Of a stretch of DNA of 64,000 bases, positions 29,220 through 37,293 are shown piece by piece (position 1 is the stretch's first letter; every line of letters starts with the position of its first letter). Source of the DNA: an uncultured Cryomorphaceae bacterium (GTDB lineage: Bacteria > Bacteroidota > Bacteroidia > Flavobacteriales > Schleiferiaceae); the NCBI GenBank assembly GCA_913031435.1, contig CAJWFD010000004.1, forward strand, positions 11,588-75,587, in the 5' to 3' direction. Position numbers and translations under genes: made by a program. Under the pieces are notes generated by a model that made no database searches, was not told the origin of the DNA, and saw only the letters and a program-made list of their open reading frames with translations.

Positions 29220-32200
29220 TTAGTCCCAATAAGGAACTCCTTGGGCTTTCGCTTTTGCTTCCAATGCATGAACTGATTCGTTAATATTATCAAGCTGTGT
29301 CTGCGCGTCGGAAATCATCATTTTAGCATCTTCTAATAGATTTTTCATTGTTCCGGTAGGCGCACCTCTATGGTTCCAAGCTCCCCAAGCCAATAACCCC
29401 ATTACGTCACCTAACGAAGAAGCGGTCTCTACTTCTCGCTTTGTGAGGCTCCGGTTTCCATTAATCAGGAGCCCTAATTGCTTTAAGCTTAATGCGATAG
29501 TTCTTGCTGCATTCAAATCTTCCATGGACGTGCCTGGAGTGTTTCTCAGCCCAGCGCGTAATTCTGTTAACTCATCACTAAGTTTGTTAAATCTTGACAT
29601 TACTTCGTTTGATGTAGCGTAAACTCGGTCTACCTCTTGGTTGAATTCCATGTCAATACTTTCATAATCGTAAAGGTGATTCACTTCAAACGCATGTCCG
29701 GCGATTAACTCAGTAAGTACACCGTTGGTGGATCTAAACACGCTGATTTCGTACGTTCCAGGAAGTACGAAAGTGGTGGTAGATGGATTAGTTTTTGGCT
29801 CGGCATTGGTTGAGGTTTCCGCTGTGCTGCTGTACTTTCCATTCCATGTGAAACGTTCTATTCCGCTTCTATCCTTTCTAGTAAAGCGCGCGACTTTATC
29901 TCCTGCTGAGTTAGCCACTTCAAATAACAGGTATCCACTTTCTTCCCAATCCTCTGCTTGAAGTTGTTCCGTATTTGGATAGTGGGGTAGGTCATTATTT
30001 ACCTCTGGTCTGTTGTCCTTGACTTTACCGCCTTCATCTTTGATAAAGAGTTCAAAAGTCACTCCTACAGGTGGATTTTTTGATCTGTAATGCTGTCCAC
30101 CTTTGTAATCTATTCCTCCAATATTAGCCCTGTTGAATAAAAGCCCCGGTTTTGTAGTGAAAAAAGCTGCGTCTTGCTCGAGAATGTAATTCATTTCACG
30201 CAACGGAGAATAGTTGTCAAGAACATAGAATCCACGACCAAAAGTCGCTAGAACTAAGTCGTTTTCACGCTCTTGAATAGCAATGTCACGAACGGCTATA
30301 GTTGGGAGTCCCGTATTTAGCTCAGACCATGTATTTCCTCCATCTAAGGTGAACCAGAGTCCAAATTCCGTACCTGCAAAAAGAAGATCGGAATTGATAT
30401 GATCCTCTGCTATCGAATAGACACTTCCTTTCTCGGGAAGGTTGCTGACAATGCTCGTCCAATTTTTACCCTCATTTGTACTTCTAAAAATGTAGGGTTT
30501 AAAATCACCGTTTTTGTGATTGTTGAATACGGTATAAATTGTTTTAGGGTCATGCTTGGAAAGAAGAATGTCCTGCACATAAACCAACGGTAGACTTAAG
30601 GAACCTACCTGTGTTTTTGGGAGTACATTAAAGTTTTTTAACGAGGACCAATTTTGACCATCGTCTTTAGTTTTCCAAACCAGTCCATCATCTGTTCCCG
30701 CCCATAATTCGCCAGGGTTAGTAGGATGTTCTTTCAAGGTGACTATGTTGCCGTAAATAGACGTGCTCTTGTGAAGTGCTATTGCCTCGGGTCCCCAGTA
30801 TCGGTCCATGATGGGTAGTCTATTCCGGTCTATCTGGCGAGATAAATCCTCTGAGATAACTTCCCAGCTACCACCGCGGTCTAAACTTTTAAATACTTTG
30901 TTCGCAGCGAAATACAAGGTCTTTTTCTGGTGCTTACTCGCAACAAGTGGGGCATCCCAATTCCAGCGATAAGGAGACTCCTTATATCTAGGTTGTGGTT
31001 GAATAGGTGTCTTTTCGCCGGTTTGTTTATTGAATCTAACGAGCCATCCATATTGCGCTTGTGCATAAACGGTATTCGGGTCGTCAGGGTCGGTTGCGCT
31101 TTCAAAACCATCACCTCCGTTAGTGACAAACCAATCATCATTAGTGATCCCTCTTCTGTTGATCGTTTGCGATGGTCCGCCCAGGGAGTTGTTATCTTGG
31201 GTTCCGCCGTATACATTATAAAAGGGCCAGTCGTTATCGACCGCTACGCGATAAAACTGTATCGTAGGAAGGTTTGCTCTCCAATTCCAACTCTTCATTT
31301 CATCCCATGTTTCATACAAACCGCCGTCTGTCCCAATGATCATATGCGATGTATTGCTCGGGTCAATCCACAAGCAATGGTTGTCAACATGCTTGAATTT
31401 TTTAGGTATGTTGTTAAAGTTTTTCCCGCCGTCGCGACTTACATGAGCGTAAGTGTCCATGCTATAAAGTGTGTTGACCTCATCAGGATGAGCGACTAAC
31501 TCCACATAATAATTCCCGCTAGTTTCGTGAGAACCACGCTTTGACCAGCTTTCACCCCGATCTGAAGATCTATACAGACCATGTCCTTCTATGGTTGCAT
31601 AGAGAACATCTGGATTTGCAGGACTAATGTCCATTCCAATCCGACCAACGTCCCCAGTAGGAAGTCCACCTTTTAAGACCGTCCAATTTGCTCCAGCATC
31701 CGTACTCTTATAAATAGCACTCTCTGGGCCACCGCTTAGATAGGTAAACACATGCCTTCTACGTTGATGGGCAGTAGCATATAAAATGGACGGATCTCTT
31801 GGATCCATGTGGATTTCATTAAAGCCGGTATGTTCACTAACGTCATAAATTTTAGACCAATTCACTCCGCCATCCATGGTTTCATAAATACCTCTATCAC
31901 CTGACGAACTCCACAGTGGGCCATAGGCAGCTACGTATACATGGTTAGAGTTCGTAGGGTCGACAGTGATCATGCCTATATGCTCGCTAGAAGCTAAACC
32001 TGTATTGACCCAGGTCTTACCAGCATCTCTACTGACATAGACACCGTCCCCGTAAGCTACGGAGCGTTGGTTGTTGTTCTCTCCTGAGCCAACCCAAATA
32101 ACGTTGTGGTTGGAAGGATCCATAGTGACACAACCCGTGCTGTAAGAACCTTCATTGTCAAAAACAGGTTCCCAGGTGGTGCCATTGTTACTGGTTTTCC

Positions 32201-32444
32201 AGACGCCGCTTGAGGCAAGTGCAATGTACATTTCTGCACTGTTGTCTGGATTAACAGCGATATCAGCGATGCGGCCTGATGTTGTAGCAGGTCCTAAGCC
32301 TCTAAAAGCGAAAGCGCTGATACTTTGGTCTGCCCACTTAGGACTTTCGTCCTTTGATTTTTTTTGTGCCTGAACAGTTGTGAGGGCAAGAAAAAAGGAT
32401 AAAAACCAAGTTAATTTGGATGTTGTGAGAGAGAATCGATTCAT
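29220..32444 (-). CDS. Sortilin/VPS10-like BNR (Asp-box) repeat beta-propeller protein, secreted
   Basis: The track ORF runs to 32468. The likely start is the ATG at 32444 (MNRFSLTTSKLTWFLSFFLALTTVQAQ signal). At least nine S-x-D-x-G-x-x-W Asp boxes are present (SNNGTTW, SRDAGKTW, TMDGGVNW, STDAGANW, SSDRGESW, SLDRGGSW, TKDDGQNW, STNEGKNW, TLDGGNTW). The C-terminal region of about 150 aa looks helical. Confidence 0.8.
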   Translation of the reverse strand: MNRFSLTTSKLTWFLSFFLALTTVQAQKKSKDESPKWADQSISAFAFRGLGPATTSGRIADIAVNPDNSAEMYIALASSGVWKTSNNGTTWEPVFDNEGSYSTGCVTMDPSNHNVIWVGSGENNNQRSVAYGDGVYVSRDAGKTWVNTGLASSEHIGMITVDPTNSNHVYVAAYGPLWSSSGDRGIYETMDGGVNWSKIYDVSEHTGFNEIHMDPRDPSILYATAHQRRRHVFTYLSGGPESAIYKSTDAGANWTVLKGGLPTGDVGRIGMDISPANPDVLYATIEGHGLYRSSDRGESWSKRGSHETSGNYYVELVAHPDEVNTLYSMDTYAHVSRDGGKNFNNIPKKFKHVDNHCLWIDPSNTSHMIIGTDGGLYETWDEMKSWNWRANLPTIQFYRVAVDNDWPFYNVYGGTQDNNSLGGPSQTINRRGITNDDWFVTNGGDGFESATDPDDPNTVYAQAQYGWLVRFNKQTGEKTPIQPQPRYKESPYRWNWDAPLVASKHQKKTLYFAANKVFKSLDRGGSWEVISEDLSRQIDRNRLPIMDRYWGPEAIALHKSTSIYGNIVTLKEHPTNPGELWAGTDDGLVWKTKDDGQNWSSLKNFNVLPKTQVGSLSLPLVYVQDILLSKHDPKTIYTVFNNHKNGDFKPYIFRSTNEGKNWTSIVSNLPEKGSVYSIAEDHINSDLLFAGTEFGLWFTLDGGNTWSELNTGLPTIAVRDIAIQERENDLVLATFGRGFYVLDNYSPLREMNYILEQDAAFFTTKPGLLFNRANIGGIDYKGGQHYRSKNPPVGVTFELFIKDEGGKVKDNRPEVNNDLPHYPNTEQLQAEDWEESGYLLFEVANSAGDKVARFTRKDRSGIERFTWNGKYSSTAETSTNAEPKTNPSTTTFVLPGTYEISVFRSTNGVLTELIAGHAFEVNHLYDYESIDMEFNQEVDRVYATSNEVMSRFNKLSDELTELRAGLRNTPGTSMEDLNAARTIALSLKQLGLLINGNRSLTKREVETASSLGDVMGLLAWGAWNHRGAPTGTMKNLLEDAKMMISDAQTQLDNINESVHALEAKAKAQGVPYWD

Positions 32445-32529
32445 AGTAAGGCAAACCTTTGAGTTCAATGAAATAAACGCATTTAAAGCGTCATAGTTTG
32501 CAAATTACACCAAATGTGGCAAAAGACCT

Positions 32530-33933
32530 CTAGAATTTCCAAACAGCGCCCATAGAAATGAACGATGTGGTGTTTTTAAACTCAACGGGGTTGGTGTAAT
32601 CGGAGCTAAATGTGTAGTATTGTTTCTGCTGTTGCACAGCGCTCCATGCAAGATGTAGGGTAAGTTCTTCCGAGCGAATACTAGCACCTAGACTTGCTCT
32701 TTTCATACGATTTTCATTATCTCTATAGGAAGGGCTATATCCAATCCCTCCCCTCAAGGTAACGCTACGTATTCTAAATTCTCCACCAGCTGCCATGAGG
32801 TGCTGTGTTGATAGTAAAGAGTCTATAATAGGGTTGAGGTAATTCTCGTAGTTGTCTCGACCTATAGATTGACTCCAGCTATGAGGAACTGCGGTATGAC
32901 TTAAACTAATAAGGCCTGTTCTTCCTAGAATAAAAGTTGCTCCGCTGCGAAGTTTAGGTGCGGTAATCATGGCCCACTGGTATTCGGTTCCATACCCTTC
33001 AGCATCTATCCCGACTGCTGAAACAGAAGGTCTAACGCTTGTCATGGTCACTTCCCAGTCTTGACTAAAGCCATAAATATGTGGCAGCTCTATCGCTGAG
33101 GCAATCCTCAGGAATTGATACGGTCGGTACAAAAAACCAGCATTAGCTGTAACTCCGATACCACTGTTGTCCCATAAGTCTTCCAGGTTAAGATTTGTTA
33201 AGTCATTGGTGCTATTAAAGGTTTCTTTATGCTCAACTTCTACCTTCTCGAAAGAGTGAACGAAACTGACCGAAGCGCCATAGTAAAAGGTTGAACTCAC
33301 TTGATTTGCCCCGCCGAAAGTCCAACGATTGCGCATACCTTTTCTAAACAAAAGGTGTTCTGTGGAAACATTACTTAGTGCGGCAGAACTGAAATATGAT
33401 CTCGTGTTCTGGTTCCAGTCGGTTGCATAGCTTTGGTAAAGTAAATCCTCATAAACTCCAACCGAATTTAAATATTCAGGAGGAGTCCCATCGGAATTAT
33501 TGATCCATTGCTGCATGATACTCCCCGTTTCCGTAGAATTAGCTCTAAGACGTTCTCTGTAAATTTGATCTGAATTGTAGGTAAAGAAGAGGGTAGCGCC
33601 ATTTTTTGGACTTTTACCTAAAAAACCAAAATTGCCGACATTCAAATTGGTGGTATTCCCTCGAACATTATTTGAGTTCAGGTCTATGTTTTTAGAATTG
33701 AACAATCCCATGTCAAATCCAAAAGCGTCTTGACGATATAGCGCTGCTCCTGCTGGGTTGAGTGCAAGTGCGCTGAAAGATCCACTCATGGCTACCATAG
33801 CACCCGACAAACCATTGTATCTAGCGTCCCCAAAAGTCATGGGTTGGTTTAGTTGAGCAAAATAATCTAAGTCCTGACCCTTGATAGAAAGGCACGAGAG
33901 GAAAATAGCACTACATAACGTTAATTTATTCAT
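32530..33933 (-). CDS. Outer-membrane beta-barrel protein, FadL/TodX/PorV-like
   Basis: 467 aa with a signal peptide. The N-terminal block GDARYNGLSGAMVAMSGSFSALALNPAGAALY resembles the G-AR-x-GMGGA...NPAG motif of FadL/PorV-type barrels. It has a terminal aromatic residue (GAVWKF). The start overlaps the upstream stop (ATGA). Confidence 0.6.
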   Translation of the reverse strand: MNKLTLCSAIFLSCLSIKGQDLDYFAQLNQPMTFGDARYNGLSGAMVAMSGSFSALALNPAGAALYRQDAFGFDMGLFNSKNIDLNSNNVRGNTTNLNVGNFGFLGKSPKNGATLFFTYNSDQIYRERLRANSTETGSIMQQWINNSDGTPPEYLNSVGVYEDLLYQSYATDWNQNTRSYFSSAALSNVSTEHLLFRKGMRNRWTFGGANQVSSTFYYGASVSFVHSFEKVEVEHKETFNSTNDLTNLNLEDLWDNSGIGVTANAGFLYRPYQFLRIASAIELPHIYGFSQDWEVTMTSVRPSVSAVGIDAEGYGTEYQWAMITAPKLRSGATFILGRTGLISLSHTAVPHSWSQSIGRDNYENYLNPIIDSLLSTQHLMAAGGEFRIRSVTLRGGIGYSPSYRDNENRMKRASLGASIRSEELTLHLAWSAVQQQKQYYTFSSDYTNPVEFKNTTSFISMGAVWKF

Positions 33934-35066
33934 CGCCTTCTTCCGCCACTGCTTTGAACACTAGTTCGCGAGGAACTTGAGCTACGAGTAGGGGGCGCTG
34001 ACTGAGTGCTAGAATTCGTTGCGCGACTAGGTTTACTTTCACTACGTCTGGTTTCTGTGGATCTTGTACTAGACTGCCCTGACCATTCTTGAGCAGCATT
34101 TGGTCTTGTCTGAGGATCCCCTGACCAATTACTTCTAGGTCTTGTAGATGCAGAACGACCTTTTGAGGATTCTCTAGTAGAAGTGTTTGCCGCCGGTGCT
34201 ACTTCAGACTCCACTGACCAGTTCCTTATTTCCCTAGAGGATTCTCTTGAAGCGGGAGTATATTCGTGAATAGCCCTTCTTGCGGTTGTATTTTTCGAAT
34301 CTTCCAAAGCTTGTCGAATAGGTGTTATAATACCGGTCCATCCACTTCCTTTTCCACCATTACTTATTTTACCGTTGCTGGATGAATTACCACGAGAGGA
34401 ACTGTATTTTGAAGGACGTTTTCCACCATAGTTGGTGCCGGATCTAGGTGTGTTGTTCGAATTCCAGGTTGAAGAGTTATTACTCCAGCCATTACCGTTA
34501 TTGTACCCGTTACTATTGTTGTATCCGTAGCCATTATTGTATCCGAAGCCATTGTTGTATCCAAAGCCGTTGTTGTATCCAAAGCCGTTGTTATATCCGT
34601 AGCCATTATTTGAAAATCCATAAGGGTAAGGGTTTAACGAGTTATGCCCATATCCTCCGAACATAAATTCGTTCCAATAATTTGACGGCCCTAGTTGCCA
34701 TGGGTTATACCACGTGCTTCCAAACATATGAGGTATGCCGTATCCTAGTCCTTGACCCCATCCAAAACTGTTGGTTTGAATAAACGAAGAGTTCGTTGAG
34801 ATTCCGTAACCTCCCCGGTTTGACCTTCCCGTATTCACTCCTGTTTTGGATGTCATTACTTGTCCAGTGGTATCCCAAAATTGATCATAATCTAATTCGG
34901 AATATATATCGTTAGATTTCAAGGACTCCAAGGCAAATTGAGGAGAAGGAAGCGAAGGATTGTAAAAGTTTTCATCCTCGAAGTAGTTCTCGGTTAAGCT
35001 CACATTAGTTCCACACGCCGTAAGCAGTGCATAACTAATACCCAATAATAATACGCCATTCTTCAT
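33930..35066 (-). CDS. Low-complexity lipoprotein with a Gly/Tyr/Asn/Phe-rich tandem-repeat core and a Ser/Thr/Arg-rich basic C-terminal tail
   Basis: 378 aa with a lipobox (YALLTAC). The core is [42 protein letters not shown]. The last ~130 aa are dominated by S/T/R/P and end in GGRRR. The reading frame is maintained through the repeats. Confidence 0.7.
   Translation of the reverse strand: MKNGVLLLGISYALLTACGTNVSLTENYFEDENFYNPSLPSPQFALESLKSNDIYSELDYDQFWDTTGQVMTSKTGVNTGRSNRGGYGISTNSSFIQTNSFGWGQGLGYGIPHMFGSTWYNPWQLGPSNYWNEFMFGGYGHNSLNPYPYGFSNNGYGYNNGFGYNNGFGYNNGFGYNNGYGYNNSNGYNNGNGWSNNSSTWNSNNTPRSGTNYGGKRPSKYSSSRGNSSSNGKISNGGKGSGWTGIITPIRQALEDSKNTTARRAIHEYTPASRESSREIRNWSVESEVAPAANTSTRESSKGRSASTRPRSNWSGDPQTRPNAAQEWSGQSSTRSTETRRSESKPSRATNSSTQSAPPTRSSSSSRTSVQSSGGRRR
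34489..34614 (-). repeat. Tandem 18-nt repeat (about 7 units) encoding GYNNG[FY] hexapeptides
   Basis: Plus-strand units include ccgtagccattattgtat, ccgaagccattgttgtat, ccaaagccgttgttgtat, ccaaagccgttgttatat and ccgtagccattatttgaa (34525..34614), plus two more diverged units upstream from about 34489. Confidence 0.85.
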
Positions 35067-35074
35067 AATCTCTG

Positions 35075-35082
35075 TAAGTTTG
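35075..35082 (+). promoter_or_regulatory. Candidate -7 box (TAAGTTTG) for proS
   Basis: Exact TAnnTTTG match ending 47 nt upstream of the proS ATG. Confidence 0.4.
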
Positions 35083-35129
35083 CCATTCTATTAAACCAAG
35101 GTACAAAAGTTATACCAAGACACTCAATT

Positions 35130-36605
35130 ATGGGAAAACATCTAACTTCAAGAGAACAAGATTACTCCAAATGGTACAACGAACTGGTCGTTAAAGCAGA
35201 CTTGGCTCAAACATCAGCTGTCCGCGGTGCGATGGTTATAAAGCCTTACGGCTTTGCTATTTGGGAGCGCATTCAGGCAGATTTAGACAAGCGGTTTAAG
35301 GAAACAGGGCACATGAATGCATATTTCCCACTATTTATACCGAAATCTTATTTCTCTAAGGAAGCATCTCATGTTGAAGGTTTTGCGAAAGAATGTGCTG
35401 TTGTTACCCATTATCGCCTCATGGATGATCCTAATGGCAATGGAGTTATAGTAGACCCTAGTGCTAAGCTTGAAGAAGAATTGATTGTCAGACCAACTTC
35501 TGAAACTATTATATGGAATACTTACAAGGACTGGATTCAAAGTTACCGCGACCTGCCTATACTGGTTAATCAGTGGGCTAATGTGGTGCGTTGGGAAATG
35601 AGAACCCGTTTGTTTTTAAGAACCTCTGAGTTTTTATGGCAAGAAGGACATACGGCTCATGCGACAAAACAAGAGGCCATAGCAGAAGCCGAAACTATGC
35701 TTGATGTGTATTCAACCTTTGTAGAGGAGGTCATGGCAATACCTGTTTTACGTGGCGTAAAGACAGATGGTGAGCGTTTTGCTGGTGCTTTAGAGACCTA
35801 TTGTATAGAAGCGATGATGCAGGACGGCAAGGCGTTACAAGCAGGCACTTCACACTTTTTAGGGCAAAATTTCGCAAAAGCTTTTGATGTGAAATTTCAA
35901 ACGAAGGAAGGAACACAAGAATACGTGTGGGCCACTTCATGGGGGGTCAGTACCAGATTAATGGGCGCCTTGATTATGACCCATAGTGATGATAACGGAC
36001 TCATTTTACCTCCGAAGCTAGCACCTTATCAAGTGGTTATTGTCCCTATATATAGAGGACAAGAGCAGTTGGACGAAATCTCCGTGGTTGCGGAAAAGTT
36101 GATGCGAGAACTTCGCGACAATGGTGTAACGGTGAAGTATGACCATAGAGATACCCACAAGCCAGGTTGGAAGTTTAACCAGTATGAGCTTCAAGGAGTT
36201 CCTGTTAGAATAGCCATTGGGCCTAAAGACTTGGAGAAGGGAACTGTAGAGGTCGCTCGACGGGACACATTAACGAAATCGTTTATGGACCAGTCGGATG
36301 TATCAACTGCAATTCCAGCATTACTCGATGAGATTCAGGTCGCATTATTTGAAAAAGCATTAAAATTTAGAGATGATCATTCTCAAACAGTAGATACTTG
36401 GGAAGAGTTCAAAGATTTGATGAAAAATAATCCTGGATTTGTCTACGCCCATTGGGATGGAACGCAGGAGACAGAGGATAAGATTAAAGAGCTCACTAAG
36501 GCCACGATCAGATGTATTCCGTTGAATAACAAGCTTGAAGATGGCAAATGTATACTAACCGGCCAGCCAAGCACGCAAAGGGTAGTCTTTGCTAAGGCCT
36601 ATTAA
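35130..36605 (+). CDS. proS: Proline--tRNA ligase (archaeal/eukaryote-like type)
   Basis: 491 aa. The N-terminal [15 protein letters not shown], class II motifs and C-terminal zinc-type domain ending in ...VFAKAY are typical of the short ProRS found in Bacteroidota. Confidence 0.95.
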   Translation: MGKHLTSREQDYSKWYNELVVKADLAQTSAVRGAMVIKPYGFAIWERIQADLDKRFKETGHMNAYFPLFIPKSYFSKEASHVEGFAKECAVVTHYRLMDDPNGNGVIVDPSAKLEEELIVRPTSETIIWNTYKDWIQSYRDLPILVNQWANVVRWEMRTRLFLRTSEFLWQEGHTAHATKQEAIAEAETMLDVYSTFVEEVMAIPVLRGVKTDGERFAGALETYCIEAMMQDGKALQAGTSHFLGQNFAKAFDVKFQTKEGTQEYVWATSWGVSTRLMGALIMTHSDDNGLILPPKLAPYQVVIVPIYRGQEQLDEISVVAEKLMRELRDNGVTVKYDHRDTHKPGWKFNQYELQGVPVRIAIGPKDLEKGTVEVARRDTLTKSFMDQSDVSTAIPALLDEIQVALFEKALKFRDDHSQTVDTWEEFKDLMKNNPGFVYAHWDGTQETEDKIKELTKATIRCIPLNNKLEDGKCILTGQPSTQRVVFAKAY

Positions 36606-36650
36606 AGTGAGGGTAGAAGGAAAAAATTGAATTTTTTTTCGTCGAATGTA

Positions 36651-36680
36651 TTGCATAATTGAAATTGCTCGTTACATTTG
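36651..36680 (+). promoter_or_regulatory. Candidate promoter for tRNA-Glu / rpsT (-33 TTG, 19-nt spacer, -7 TACATTTG)
   Basis: TTG at 36651..36653 and TACATTTG at 36673..36680 with a 19-nt spacer. It lies about 38 nt upstream of the tRNA 5' end. This is the best full match to the Bacteroidota consensus in the window. Confidence 0.5.
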
Positions 36681-36718
36681 CACTCCTCAAACAAAGAGGT
36701 ATAGTTCTGGAATTATAA

Positions 36719-36791
36719 GGCCCCATCGTCTAGCGGTCCAGGACGCTGCCCTTTCACGGCAGAAACACGGGTTCGATTCCCGTTGGGGTCA
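36719..36791 (+). tRNA. tRNA-Glu (anticodon UUC)
   Basis: A 73-nt cloverleaf folded by hand. The acceptor stem is GGCCCCA/TGGGGTC (one G-T pair). The D-arm contains TCTAGCGGTCCAGGA. The anticodon stem is CTGCC/GGCAG with loop CTTTCAC (anticodon TTC). The T-arm is CACGGGTTCGATTCCCGTT, with discriminator A. No CCA is encoded. Confidence 0.95.
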
Positions 36792-36811
36792 CAATAACTA
36801 ATAATAAAGAC

Positions 36812-37063
36812 ATGGCAAACCATAAGTCAGCTTTAAAGAGAATTCGTCAATCAGTCAAAAAGGCTGCTCATAATCGTTACTATCATAAGACGACACGTAA
36901 CGCATTGAGAAAATTACGTACTACCACAGATGCTGCTGAGGCAACAGAGATGTTCCCACGTGTCGTTTCTATGTTGGATAGACTTGCCAAGCGCAATATT
37001 ATCCACAAGAAGAAAGCTTCTAATTTGAAGTCTGGCTTGGCAAAGCATATTGCTGCGCTATAA
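36812..37063 (+). CDS. rpsT: 30S ribosomal protein S20
   Basis: 83 aa. The sequence [15 protein letters not shown]....N is a canonical S20 N-terminus and the composition is basic. Confidence 0.95.
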   Translation: MANHKSALKRIRQSVKKAAHNRYYHKTTRNALRKLRTTTDAAEATEMFPRVVSMLDRLAKRNIIHKKKASNLKSGLAKHIAAL

Positions 37064-37092
37064 GCTCAACCTAAGTAGTGTAAAGATTAATT

Positions 37093-37124
37093 AAACCCAT
37101 CTCGAAAGAGATGGGTTTTTTTTT
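37093..37124 (+). terminator. Rho-independent terminator after rpsT
   Basis: Stem aaacccatctc (37093..37103) pairs with gagatgggttt (37108..37118) around a GAAA tetraloop. The T-run extends to 37124. Confidence 0.88.
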
Positions 37125-37242
37125 GCCTTTAATTAAGCAGGCGATGTGCTAATCAAATCAAATATAGCACATGGCATCGTAACGCTATCACGGTGACGAT
37201 CCAGTAGGTAAAAGGTCCGGATAGAAACTTACGGTAAACGCG

Positions 37243-37272
37243 AAAAAAAAGCCCCCAGTAAAACTGGGGGCT
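37243..37272 (-). terminator. Rho-independent terminator after the acyl-CoA ligase gene
   Basis: Stem agcccccag (37250..37258) pairs with ctgggggct (37264..37272). On the minus strand the hairpin is followed by an 8-nt T-run (plus-strand A-run 37243..37250). Confidence 0.8.
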
Positions 37273-37293
37273 TAAAAAAAATCGCGACGCCTA

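Noticed and set aside
30930-31499. 189-aa plus-strand ORF, plus the 111-aa ORF at 30881..31216, inside the BNR-repeat gene
   Set aside because: These are shadow ORFs antisense to or out of frame with a 1,082-aa gene that has repeated Asp-box motifs. Their composition is atypical and there are no start-site signals.
34364-34666. Two ORFs (85 aa minus strand in another frame, 72 aa plus strand) with highly repetitive TT/DT or CC/RS-rich translations
   Set aside because: They are artefacts of the 18-nt tandem repeat, which keeps alternative frames open. The lipoprotein frame (33930..35066) has a lipobox and continues far beyond the repeats.
36719-36791. tRNA-Glu as a possible integration hotspot for a genomic island
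   Set aside because: There is no integrase, no direct repeat of the tRNA 3' end, and no foreign-looking genes on either side. proS lies upstream and rpsT downstream.
37190-37243. Possible SRP (4.5S) RNA, because of the GGTCCGGA string reminiscent of the conserved domain IV GGUCCGGAAGGAAGCAGC
   Set aside because: The following bases (TAGAAACTTACGG) do not match the conserved GGAA tetraloop and AGCAGC motif. I could not fold the flanks into the long SRP helix. The interval is kept only as a generic sRNA candidate.
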